A stretch of 38,673 nt of DNA from Batkoa obscura (GCA_030770535.1 JASVEC010000164.1:1-38673); one strand, 5' to 3'. Positions 24,410-34,931 are shown, numbered from the stretch's first letter. Translations and numbers: made by a program. Notes: generated by a model from the sequence alone, not told the origin.

Positions 24410-24515
24410 GGGAATGTATTTTTGTATTTAAGAATTTAAGAATTTTACTGACAATTTTTCCACATAAATAGCGCTTAAAAAATGGAAAAATAATGAAACT
24501 AAAAAAAACAGCCCC
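24410..24515 (+). mobile_element. MITE family A copy (right arm of perfect inverted pair)
   Basis: GGGAATGTATTTTT...AAAAAAAACAGCCCC; flanks ATTT/ATAT; internal duplication of TTAAGAAT. Confidence 0.92.
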
Positions 24516-24718
24516 ATATGCTAAGTTTAAACTTATTAAAAAAGACTATGATAAGTATACTCATTAAATATATCGAAGTAACTAACGTAAGTCTTAGCTG
24601 AAAAATACACTTGGATTTAAAATAAATACAGCTAAACCACTTTAAATTGTTATAATTAATTGAACTATAATATTTGAGTTTGCTATCCATAAGGTAACTA
24701 TATATTAAGGGGCCATAT

Positions 24719-24816
24719 GGCGATACATTTTTGTGTTTAAAAATTTATTAACAATTTTTCTGCTCAAATAATACTTAAAAGATGGAAAAAACGATGAAGC
24801 CAAAAAAAACAGCCTT
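24719..24816 (+). mobile_element. MITE family A copy inserted in a paralog promoter
   Basis: ATAT on both flanks; empty sites with a single ATAT lie at about 29464 and 31295 in paralogous promoters. Confidence 0.92.
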
Positions 24817-24862
24817 ATATTTTTAAAATCATATAAGATAAAAATCATCTAATGTTATTAAC

Positions 24863-25432
24863 TGAAAACGAACTTTAATACTGTTGCTTCTCCTTTTTCA
24901 TTTTGATTATCTTTTATTGCTCTAGAATTTCCTTTTAATTACATGTACTGAGGGTATTAATGATAAAATCATCAGTAACTTTAAAGGATTGTTACATACA
25001 TGTAATGCCTAACTGATTGCCGATGATTGCCAACTTGAATGAAAAATGTTTCGAGATAGAAATAAAAAAGATATAGCTGACATTATTGAGTACTATAATA
25101 ACTCATACTATGGCCTTTCTTTTAAGGCCCGATACCCAAATAAATAATTTAATAGTGAGCAGGTGCTAGTTTTCAGTAGTTTTAAGGAGACACTAGACGA
25201 ATTGGCCCTATCAGTTAAAATAGCGAGGACGATAGCGTCAGAAACAAAAGCGCCAATGATAAAGGCGATATTTCAAATTGACTTATTGCTATTACAACCA
25301 ACTTTGAACAGATTTAAGGAGTGCAAAACAAAGTTGAATTTGAAAAGTCTCAAGGCGGAATCAATAAAGTATCTGGAGAGTTCGCGAAAGGAAATAGAGA
25401 AATTTATTGTAGATCATATCCTAGATATTTGA
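24863..25432 (+). pseudogene. Pseudogene of the 29532-30101 secreted-protein family
   Basis: DNA collinear with the intact gene (GGTATTAATGATAAAATCATC, GATTGCCAACTTGAATGA, AACTCATACTATG); LNRFKECK matches LNKRYKECK; several stops; upstream region also homologous. Confidence 0.88.
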
Positions 25433-26243
25433 ATATATCTAAAAAAAATCCACTTCAAGTCTCTTTTTAACCACTTGGACTAATAATGTACTCTACAGCC
25501 AGTCTAAAGAGATTTATTTAGGAATTTCATTCATTTTCATTTAAACAATTTAAATTTAAATACAATTAAGCTTAAACAAAACAACCACATTGTTCTTTGA
25601 ATCAACCTAGCATTATATATGCAATAAATTTCTATTTCTATGAAATGCTTAGTAGTTAGTTTAAAATTTAAAATTTTAATTCTTTGTTAAAACGTAAGCT
25701 AATGCCATAAATCCAATAATTATAGTCAAATCAATTTATGCTAGATTTCGTATAAAATATAATCTTAAACAAGAATAAGTATATTAGTAAAATCTATATA
25801 AATGATGTATATTTTTATAATATTTTTCATATTTATTGTTTTAGTTATCATAAACTTTTGTTGATTTTCATATATAAATCACGTAAGCTGATTAAAATTT
25901 TAGTACTATTAGAAACTTAATAGTGTTTTCATTATGTCAATTTCCAGTGCATATACATCATATACAATATTACAAAATATCAGACCATCAATTTTTATGA
26001 TTCTTCATTATAAAACAATAAAATGATAAATTGTAAAAATAAATGATATGCTATTCAAATATTTAAATTATTTTGTAATACTGTAACTCTTTATTTGATT
26101 TAGTATGATTTTTTTGATTGTAAATTTTTTATTTATTTAACAAAGCTACATTCGAAAATTATAATCGTAAGATATACAAAAGTAGTTAAAGGATCCTTTT
26201 TCAAAACTAGATCCTATAATTCAAACAAATAGAGTTAGATCTA

Positions 26244-26790
26244 ATTCAAATCAGTATAACTACTTCAAGTTCGATATTTTATTTTGCTGGTTAAAGGGTC
26301 TTTACTTATCAAAGAAGCTCCATTGGTGATAAAATTCTTAATATCGTCGAAGTATTTTTATTTGTCCAGGATGGCCAAAAAATTGCTGGTAACTGCCAGC
26401 CTAAACAAAGTATTTCACAAGTTCAGAGTATATATGAATTTAATTCCATCTTTGATGCCTACGGGGAATCTCACCTCAATCTTTTATATCAAAATCCAGT
26501 CAGAATCAACGAATTTGATACTTAATGACGTTAAATCATAGAGGTAATCAAATTGGCCCAAGATCAATTTGCTATTCATAGAGAAAGAATAAAAAAATAG
26601 CCTTTAAAAGTGAATCTATTGGTACCGAAATGAGTCTCGGTCAAATATTCAAAGGGTGTGTATCTTCCAAAGAATATCATGTAATCTGTGTTCAGCTTGT
26701 AGATATATCCAAATGTTCTTGGGATAGAGGTAAACTCAATATAAGAAAATTACGCTCTAAATTTGATATAACCAAAAAGAAGCTTTTGAT
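26244..26790 (+). pseudogene. Diverged pseudogene of the same secreted-protein family
   Basis: One frame reads IGDKILNIVEVFLFVQDGQKIAGNCQPKQSISQVQSIYEF...LNLLYQ, matching ISDEIIGGFKGLLHIRDVQPIANDCQFEQKMSQVKNKEDF...YDLLYE; in-frame stops, no ATG. Confidence 0.75.
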
Positions 26791-27185
26791 ATTATAAAAA
26801 GGTCTGAAAGTATTGATTTTTAATTACTTGTGTTTAAAATGACTTATGAAGTTGCTCTAAAGATCATTTAAAGTGTCTTTCAAGTTAATTAAACAATATT
26901 ATATAGTTAGTTTCAATTGTAATATTATGACTTTAGATACATAAATATTTATATTGATTTAAGGTTAGATAGCGTAGTCTGAGGTAATTTCATTTAATTA
27001 ATAGTAAAAATTTCATTTATTTGTAAGACTTTTTACTAAGGTAAAAATTCAAAAAATAATAAGTATAGCCATTGAAACTTATGCTGATAGTACATTTGTA
27101 TATATATTTCAGTGTTTAGATGTGTAATTTAAGTTAAACTTACATTGCTTTCATATATAAGTTAGGTAATTTGAGTTAAACAAAT

Positions 27186-27439
27186 GGAGATGTTTTTTAT
27201 TAACTGTCTTGCTATTTTTTTAAATTAGAAATTAATTAGCCATTATATTGTTTAAGTTTCGATATGTGCTAAATAACTGTTCATTTTAATAGAAATTAAA
27301 TTAATAGCCTTGAAATCACTAGATTGAACAAGCAACTATAAATTCATCACTTGTCAGCACAAACTTGAACTTAAGCATCTGCCTTAATTAATTAATTTTT
27401 GAAAAAATAGTAAAAAAGGGTAAAATAAAAAACATTCCC
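27186..27439. mobile_element. 254-bp foldback/MITE family B with long degenerate inverted arms
   Basis: Ends GGAGATGTTTTTTATT...AATAAAAAACATTCCC, direct AAAT on both sides (27182-27185, 27440-27443); imperfect inverted similarity extends about 90 bp inward. Confidence 0.75.
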
Positions 27440-27510
27440 AAATACCAAACAAACTTTAATGGTATTTCTATCTTAATAAAACTCATAGCTTTAATTCTTT
27501 AAACTGTATA

Positions 27511-27595
27511 ATGTGTTTTTGAATTTATTAAGAATTTTTCTGCTCAAATAGCACTTAAAAGATGAGAAAAGTGATAAAGCCAAAAAAATACCTCT
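27511..27595 (+). mobile_element. MITE family A copy, left end truncated
   Basis: Core AATTTTTCTGCTCAAATAGCACTTAAAAGATG...AAGCCAAAAAAA. Confidence 0.8.
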
Positions 27596-27680
27596 GTACA
27601 TATTATATTAAATGTCATTATTTTTTGTTTTTATAATAACTTAGCGTATCAATTAAAGTATACTACATAAAGTATAATAT

Positions 27681-27774
27681 GGGGTGTATTTTTTGGTTTC
27701 ATTACTTTTTACATTTTTTAATCGCTACCTGAGCAGAAAAATTCTTAATAAAATTAAACAAAAAATACATCCTT
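27681..27774 (-). mobile_element. MITE family A copy, full length
   Basis: GGGGTGTATTTTTT...AAAAATACATCCTT, ATAT on both flanks. Confidence 0.9.
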
Positions 27775-28014
27775 ATATAGTGTAATTTTAGTTAATATCG
27801 TTTGAGTTGTTATAATAAAATTAAAAGCTGCAAACCATTTTATCAGAGAATGTAAAGCAGATAGAATTAAAATTGATTCAAGTAATTATAGTAAGTAGAG
27901 TATGCGTTTTAAGTTTCCTGTAAGTGGGGTAATCATATATTGAGGAGTAATATTTGTAGAAAAATACATAGCAAAAATTTACTACTTTAAGATGTTTAAC
28001 TATATCAATCAAAG

Positions 28015-28560
28015 ATGAAGTTTAATACTTTTATTTGGCTTTTATTACTGAAGCATCCAGATCTAAATATCATGGTTTAAGAACTATTGGTGATGAAGTT
28101 ATCGAAAGTTTTAAGAGATTATTGTATATCCATGATGATCAATTAACTGCTGGTAACTGTTAAATTGAATAAAAGAATGTACAAGCTGGAAAAAGAGAGG
28201 AATTCGATATTATCTTTCGAGCTTGTGATCAGACTTTTAATGATCTTTTAAATCTAAATCAACTTAATATAAATGAATTTAATATTAAGCTACAGAAAAC
28301 TCAATGCAGAATTAAAATAGCTCGAGCAATTCACTGCTGCCAATGGAGCTACCAATGGATATAAGAATATGATAAATAATGGAGGAAATAACAATAGTAA
28401 TATCGGAAACGGGTATGCTGCCAGCAAACTCAACTTAGAATAAAGTTGAAAAGACTGCAAATCTTGCGTTGGTTGTAATGGATTCCTCACTAGAGCCTTC
28501 AGAATATTTAGATTGAAGTTAAATTATTACTCTCATAGAGAACAACGATTAACCATTGAG
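28015..28560 (+). pseudogene. Pseudogene of the same secreted-protein family
   Basis: ATG 28015 gives MKFNTFYLAFITEASRSKYHGLRTIGDEVIESFKRLLYIHDDQLTAGNC*; later a Gly/Asn-rich linker and KDCKS (cf. KECKS); multiple stops. Confidence 0.85.
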
Positions 28561-28956
28561 GTTGTATATATCTTAAGAATTAAAAATGTTAGGTGTGACC
28601 TTAAACTTGTTCCTTCCTTAGCTACTTGTACGAAAGAAGCTATAAAAAGCTATTCTAAATATCGTTAAATTATTTTTCAATATAACTTTTCAGAATAGAT
28701 CCAAAGAAAGTAAATTTCACTAAATATTTGATGATTTTACGTGCAAATAAGAATATTAATATAATATTTAATTAATATAGCTTAATTTAACATAAAGTTC
28801 TCAAAGGCGATAGTTCTATCCATCCTTACCATATTTCATCAATAATAAAACTCTAAAGCAATCGACACAGATATAAAAATCAATGCTAATATGCATGTTT
28901 TCTAAAAAATTTGTAATTGTTAAATGTTTAAATTAAGCTAATTATTTTCAGTATAT

Positions 28957-29052
28957 AAAGCTATTTTTTTTGGTTTCATACTTTTTCCATTTTTTGAGCG
29001 TTATTTAGGCGGAAAAATTGTTAGTAAAATTGCTAAGCAAAAATATATTCCC
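28957..29052 (-). mobile_element. MITE family A copy, decayed ends
   Basis: Core CTTTTTCCATTTTTTGAGCGTTATTTAGGCGGAAAAATTGTTAGTAAAAT. Confidence 0.85.
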
Positions 29053-29531
29053 ACTTATTGTATATTTATAATAAATATTACAAGCAATAAAAACCAGTTA
29101 TAATTTTAAAAAAATAAAAGAAAAATAAGAACCTGTTTTTTTCCACTCATTTCCTTAAATATCTTCAATAAAGGCAAGCTGTGCATACGCTATAATATTG
29201 AGTCTATATTATTTGTGTAATATTATTTATTCGCTATTTTTATTCAACTAGGTGGTCATATTATGCAAATATATTTGTTAAGCTTAGAATATAAAAAATA
29301 CAAGTATACTCGCGGAATATGCCCAAGTAGATAAAGTGCTCCTTATTGGAAGTGGATTTCCTCAGTTAAAATAAATAAAGCTAACCTAAAATTAAATCAA
29401 CCCAATTAATTCAAGTATTATTTTTAGTTTGCCGTCCACGGAATAATTATGTATTAAGGGGTCATATTTTTTAAAGTATATAAGACAAAATTGTATCGAT
29501 TAAAGACATCATTGAACTTCACCAAACAAAA

Positions 29532-30101
29532 ATGAAATTTAGTACTACTACTTTTACTTCTTTAATTTGCTTGACTTCCTCTGCTGCAGCATTTTCTTTT
29601 AATCACCATAGCTTAAGAGGTATTAGTGACGAAATCATTGGTGGCTTTAAGGGATTATTGCATATCCGTGATGTCCAGCCAATTGCCAATGATTGCCAAT
29701 TTGAGCAAAAAATGTCCCAAGTTAAAAATAAAGAAGATTTTATTAACACTATTAAGTACTGCGACAACTCTTACTATGATCTTTTGTATGAGGGTAAATA
29801 CTCAAGTAAGGAACTTAATAGTGAACGGGAACAACTTTTCAATAAATTTAAGGTAGCCTTAGAGAAACTTGATCCTAATCGAAAGAACAATGAAATTACT
29901 TTTGAAGATGGGCCTATTAATTACGTATTAGACCTTAATAAAAGATATAAAGAATGTAAATCTCCCACTGATTATCGTGGACTCTACAATGAAGTCAAAG
30001 ATACATATGTTCGCCTTAGAGAAAATCGTTATGTTGATCAGAGCCGATTACAAGTTGAATACGCAGACATCAAAAACAAATTTTCTAGTGTTCTAAATTA
30101 G
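29532..30101 (+). CDS. Small secreted protein of unknown function, 189 aa (intact family member)
   Basis: Intronless ORF, AAAAATG start context, upstream TATATAA, signal peptide MKFSTTTFTSLICLTSSAAA, five decayed paralogs in the window. Confidence 0.85.
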   Translation: MKFSTTTFTSLICLTSSAAAFSFNHHSLRGISDEIIGGFKGLLHIRDVQPIANDCQFEQKMSQVKNKEDFINTIKYCDNSYYDLLYEGKYSSKELNSEREQLFNKFKVALEKLDPNRKNNEITFEDGPINYVLDLNKRYKECKSPTDYRGLYNEVKDTYVRLRENRYVDQSRLQVEYADIKNKFSSVLN

Positions 30102-30452
30102 ACTTTTAATATTGGGTTTTAACTGCTCGCCTTTAAAATAGCTTATAAAGATACTTTAAGGATTATTTAGTTTATTCCTAAATTATTATAATAAATATAG
30201 TTACAACTTTATTATATGTCCAATAGTTTATTTACGCTTTTACTTTGCAGCTTTAATTATATAAATGTACTTTTGATATTCAGACAAACAATATAGCTTA
30301 ACTTTGGATAATGTATTCAATGGTAAGTTTTGTGTATTTGCCCTCTTCTTTTATTAAAAAATAAATCTTTGGATAGCAATAAGTATAAATGTAGAAGTTC
30401 ATGTTAATAATTATATTATTTATACTTGATATCTAATGTTTGTTTACTAAAT

Positions 30453-30550
30453 GGGGATGTATTTTTGTATTTAAGAATTTTACTAACAATTTTTTCACTC
30501 AGGTAGTGCTTAAAAGATGGAAAAAGTAATAAAGTTAAAAAAACATTCCC
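30453..30550 (+). mobile_element. MITE family A copy with AAAT target duplication
   Basis: AAAT-GGGGATGTATTTTT...AAAAAACATTCCC-AAAT. Confidence 0.92.
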
Positions 30551-30767
30551 AAATAGTACATACATTTTGAGTTAAAACACTTACTGTTTCTTATAACAAC
30601 TTAGGCTATATTAATTACAATACATCTATATTTAATATAATAGCAGTATTTTAATTGATATTGATTGATCTACTATAAAGAATCAAAACACAAAAGTCGT
30701 TTTACCAGTGAGTGTAGGCCAAATATAACTAAACCATTCCTGCTAACTACAATCAATTAAACTACAT

Positions 30768-30858
30768 GGAAATGTTTTTTTAGTTTCATCGCTTTTTCAT
30801 TTTTAAAGTTCTATTGAATGAAAAAGGCAGTAAATCTTTGAACGAAAAAGGCATCTTT
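30768..30858 (-). mobile_element. MITE family A copy, strongly decayed
   Basis: GGAAATGTTTTTTTAGTTTCATC...CAGTAAATCTTTGAAC...CATCTTT is collinear with the reverse consensus. Confidence 0.65.
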
Positions 30859-31089
30859 ATGTGCTATAATATTGAGTTTAAATTACTATAAAATCTTATC
30901 TGTTTATGTTTTTCGACTTAATTCATTATAATTTTAACTACTTGAATTATAAAATTTTTTATCAAAACATACTTTTTGTTTAGTTATATTATATTGGACG
31001 ATTGTATTTATCAAATTTAGACTTAAATAAAAAAGATGTACTCATAGAACATACTCAAGTAGATAAAATACCTTTTGTCAGAAGTATAT

Positions 31090-31185
31090 GGGAATGTATT
31101 TTTTATTTAAGAATTCTACCAACAACCTTTCCACTCAAATTAGCGCTTAAAAATGGAAAAGTAATGGAATAAAGAAAACATCGCC
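31090..31185 (+). mobile_element. MITE family A copy inserted in a paralog promoter
   Basis: ATAT on both flanks; absent from the homologous promoter at about 29350. Confidence 0.92.
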
Positions 31186-31345
31186 ATATCCTTGTAGTTT
31201 GAACAAATAAAGCTAAACTAAAACTAAATCCATGGAATTGATTTGAGTTCATATTTCGTTTTCCTTCCACGGAGTAATTATGTATTAATAAGCCATATTT
31301 TTAAAGACATGTAAGATAAAAATTATTGAACTTTATTAAATAAAA

Positions 31346-31661
31346 ATGAAATGTATTACTATTACTTTTACTAGTATAGCGTCTCCTTTTAACTACCTTG
31401 GTTTAAGGGCTATTGGTGATTTTAAAGGATTATTACATATTCACGAGAGCTAGTCAACTGCTGATGATTATCAATTTGGGTAAAAGATGTCTCAAGCCAA
31501 GCTAAAGATAAAGAGAATTTTATCAAGATTATTAAATATTGTGACAACTTATTCTATGATCTTTTGTATGATGGTAAATATTCAAGCAAGGAACTTAATA
31601 GTGGATGGAGGCTGGTTTCCAGTAGATTCAAGGAAGCATTAGACGAACTTACTCCTAATTA
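31346..31661 (+). pseudogene. Closest pseudogene copy of 29532-30101, apparently 3'-truncated
   Basis: MKCITITFTS...GLRAIGDFKGLLHIHES* and IIKYCDNLFYDLLYDGKYSSKELNS; stops, deletions and a frameshift; several hundred bp of upstream DNA are also duplicated. Confidence 0.92.
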
Positions 31662-31819
31662 AAAAAATAATAGTGTTGTTTTTTGAAAATGTAACTGCAG
31701 GTTTAATGGGATTTCCATGATAGTTTAAAGTAGTATCATTACGATAAAAATTTATTTAAATTATATCGCTAATTTTTGTATATCAATTTTATTTGAAATA
31801 TTATAGCATAGTAAAATGT

Positions 31820-31918
31820 GAAGATGTATTTTTGTGTTTAAGAATTTTACTAACAAATTTTCCACTTAAATAGCGCTTGAAAAATGAAAACAATAATGAA
31901 ACTAAAAAAAACACTCCC
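31820..31918 (+). mobile_element. MITE family A copy
   Basis: GAAGATGTATTTTTGTG...AAAAAACACTCCC; flanks ATGT/ATAT. Confidence 0.9.
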
Positions 31919-31942
31919 ATATAATACTTAATTAAAGCATAT

Positions 31943-32042
31943 GAGGATGTATTTTTGTGTTTTTGAATTTTACTAATAATTTTTCTGCTCCAAATAGCGT
32001 TTAAAAGATGGAAAAAAAGTGATGAAGCTAAAAAACACCCCT
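31943..32042 (+). mobile_element. MITE family A copy, tandem to the previous one
   Basis: GAGGATGTATTTTTGTG...AAAAAACACCCCT, ATAT on both flanks. Confidence 0.9.
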
Positions 32043-32046
32043 ATAT

Positions 32047-32130
32047 GTAAATACATTTTTGAGTTTAAGAGCTCTACATAAGGTACATTTAATACCATTT
32101 AAATTGACAAAAAAAAACAAAGACATCCCC
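32047..32130. mobile_element. MITE-related remnant
   Basis: Ends in AAACAAAGACATCCCC+ATAT and starts with a left-end-like TTTTTGAGTTTAAGA; the interior does not match the consensus. Confidence 0.5.
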
Positions 32131-32514
32131 ATATGTTTGTAAGAGAAATTAAACGGTTTTGTTAATTTTTATTTGAAATTTAAAATCAAAAAATGTAAAA
32201 AATAGAATCTTGAGCTTAGATTAAACTATTTAAAAATAAGATAGAACTAAAATTACTCCTCTACAAATAAGTTAGCAATATATTAATTACAAACTTAAGA
32301 TTTGATTTGGTAAAACATCTGCTTTATTAACTAAACACTATTGGTTTGTTTCTGACAATAAAAGTATAAAAGAGATAATAATAATAACCCCAACTTCCAC
32401 AAAAGTATCAAATAATACAAAATTGCAACCCAAACTATAACAAAGACATAATACATCTTGATTATTTATTTAAATTTCTTTTTACAAAAATAATTTAATA
32501 AAAAGTACTTTTAC

Positions 32515-34380
32515 CTAACCTCTTTTCAAAGCCTCATTTTCAACTTTGAGCCTGTGGATTTCCTGTAAAAGTTTAGGTATTCGTTGGTTCTCTTCAATCA
32601 ACCCTTGAAGTTGTTCCTAATCAATTAATAACTAGATAATAAATTAAAAACACATTTTGTTTACCTTTAGTTGGCTCATCTGTTTTAAATAACTTAAATG
32701 TAACTCTTTAATATCTTGTTTTAATTCCATTTTTAACTCCAGCATCATCTCTTCAACTTCATTTCGAAATAATTCTACACCCGCCTGTTTACTTCCTTTA
32801 TCCTCCACCTCTTCTTTATCATCACTTTGGGACATAATAGGTACCTTTATCTCTTCGATCGCCGGCTCTTTGTTTATGCGAGGGGTTATATAAGTGGCAC
32901 TTGTTTTTCTTATTGGTGAAAAAATTCCATTAAACTCACTATTGATAATAGATGGTGAATACATCTTTGATATTGAAGGAGAATCAAAGGTTAAATTTGA
33001 AGGTGATGATGGGTCAAAATTACTTCTACTTCTTTCACTTATTAAGGACATTGGCCTTCCTTTTGTTAGTAAATCTTTTTGGTTGGAATAGCTTATGGTC
33101 ATTGATCGTCGATTATTACTACTCTTTTTCTTTTCTGGTCCTACTTCATCATCTAAACTTATCTTCTGATTGAGGTATAAGATAAATTTTATTGGTACTC
33201 CTTCAGCTAGATGATCAAAATCACTCTGCCATGTTGGCACATTAATATCTTTTAAATCGTACATAATAAGGTGGCCTAGTAAATCAATAAAATATTAAAT
33301 ACTATTTATGTTTGATTAATTAATTAATCTATTACCATTTTCTGTACCCAGCATTAAGCAATTATCAGCAGGGCTAAAAGCAATACAAGTATAGTGCTCT
33401 TTGGTTTCATATACTTTAACTATTCTAATCAAACTTAGTACCATTATTTTAAAACAAACTTAACTTTACTTCATTTTGACCGCATCATAAATCGCAATCC
33501 TACCATCCAGTCCAGTGGAAGCAAGCAAATATTTGTTAAATTTAGAAAATGTAAAAAACACTTTATCTGTTTTATGTTCATTAAATAAAAAGTATTCCCT
33601 ATCACGAAAATGATATACCAAAATTTTGCCATCCTCTAGCAGTAGAGCTGAGCAATCAGAAGCAAATTTAGAGCTGAGGATTTCTTTGACTGGAGAATCT
33701 AATTCCAAATACTGTCTTTGTGACTTATTAAGTTTATCCCCTCGAACCTTGTTATCCTTATAACTTTGAAAATAAATATTTTCATCTAAATTGATATCTA
33801 TAGCACTCATCTCAGTCTCAATCGGGTACCTACTACCCACAACAATTTTATTACTTTTTGTATGAACCTGATATAGTTGTATATGGTGTTTCACTCCTAA
33901 TAAGGCGGTTTGACCTAAATTGATAAACTTACACATCACGATCTCGGTTTCCTTTATCTAATTAAAATATAAGTTAACTAAGTTTTAACTTAATCAATTT
34001 TGCTAAAGTAAAAAAGTAATTACTTTATCTTCTTCTTTAAACACCTGTTTTAAGTCCCATTTTTTGAATCCAGTCAAAACGTTTAAATCTTTTTTCAAGT
34101 CTAAATGAATGCAACCGAAGACCTCTAATTCTTCCCTTAAATTTTTCAAAAAACTTTCCAATTCGTTGAAGTTAAAACACCATGTACAAAACATGGTGTT
34201 TTTGCTTAAGATATATAACTGGTCATTGAAAGGAGATAATTCTAGTTTGTTTATCTCAAAAGGTAACTCTATATTTAATACCGCTTCAAAAATATCAAAT
34301 TGCGTGGAATAAAACCCTACATTGTTGCCCTGTGCATAGATCCAATATTTCATCTCTATCCCTACTGGCTTTCTTTTCAT
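32515..34380 (-). CDS. WD40 protein with C-terminal coiled coil, NEDD1/GCP-WD-like, multi-exon
   Basis: WD-like segments (FSKFNKYLLASTGLDGRIAIYD; FSPADNCLMLGTENG), a Ser/Pro-rich linker, and a C-terminal helix LKQDIKELHLSYLKQM...LLQEIHRLKVENEALK resembling the NEDD1 tail; four GT-AG introns. Confidence 0.65.
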
Positions 34381-34931
34381 TAAAAAACGCTTATTTGACT
34401 TTTTAGAATTTTAATTTATTTTGTTGAGGTTTGGTTGCATAAATTGAAGGGTTGCGTAGACCATGATGTTTAATCTAGACTACACTTTTGTACAAAATTA
34501 AATAATTTAATAAAGCAAGGTGATTTTTATCATATGTTAAACTTTACTAGCCAATATCTATATCAATATATACGTTGTATGTTTGAACACTTATTCTTAT
34601 TCATAAGAGGCTAATTTCTATCCCAAATAATTATCTTTGTGAAATAATCACTTGAAATTAAACTATTTTTGTACTTAATATTATTGATCCCTGAAAAATG
34701 TAGACATTTAAAAATTCAAAAGTCAAGTATTTGACATAGTATAGATCTATGGTTTTAGTACAAATTTGATGATGATATGATTGTTAAAAGTGGACTTAAA
34801 AACTCAAATTTTAATTAAAGTACAAAGTAATGCTTACTACTTATTCTCCGTTTTCAATTTTTAAGCCATTCTTTTAAAAATCAAACAAACATTTGTAAAA
34901 TAGAATCTTTGAATATTGATCATTCCTATGA

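Noticed and set aside
26284..26541. 85-aa ORF (also 28290-28490)
   Set aside because: Wrong frame or strand relative to the underlying pseudogene homology.
30449..30554. TA duplication (Tc1/mariner, Stowaway-like) model for the MITE
   Set aside because: It fits the ATAT-flanked copies but not the AAAT/AAAT flanks here and at 27182-27443; disfavoured, not formally excluded.
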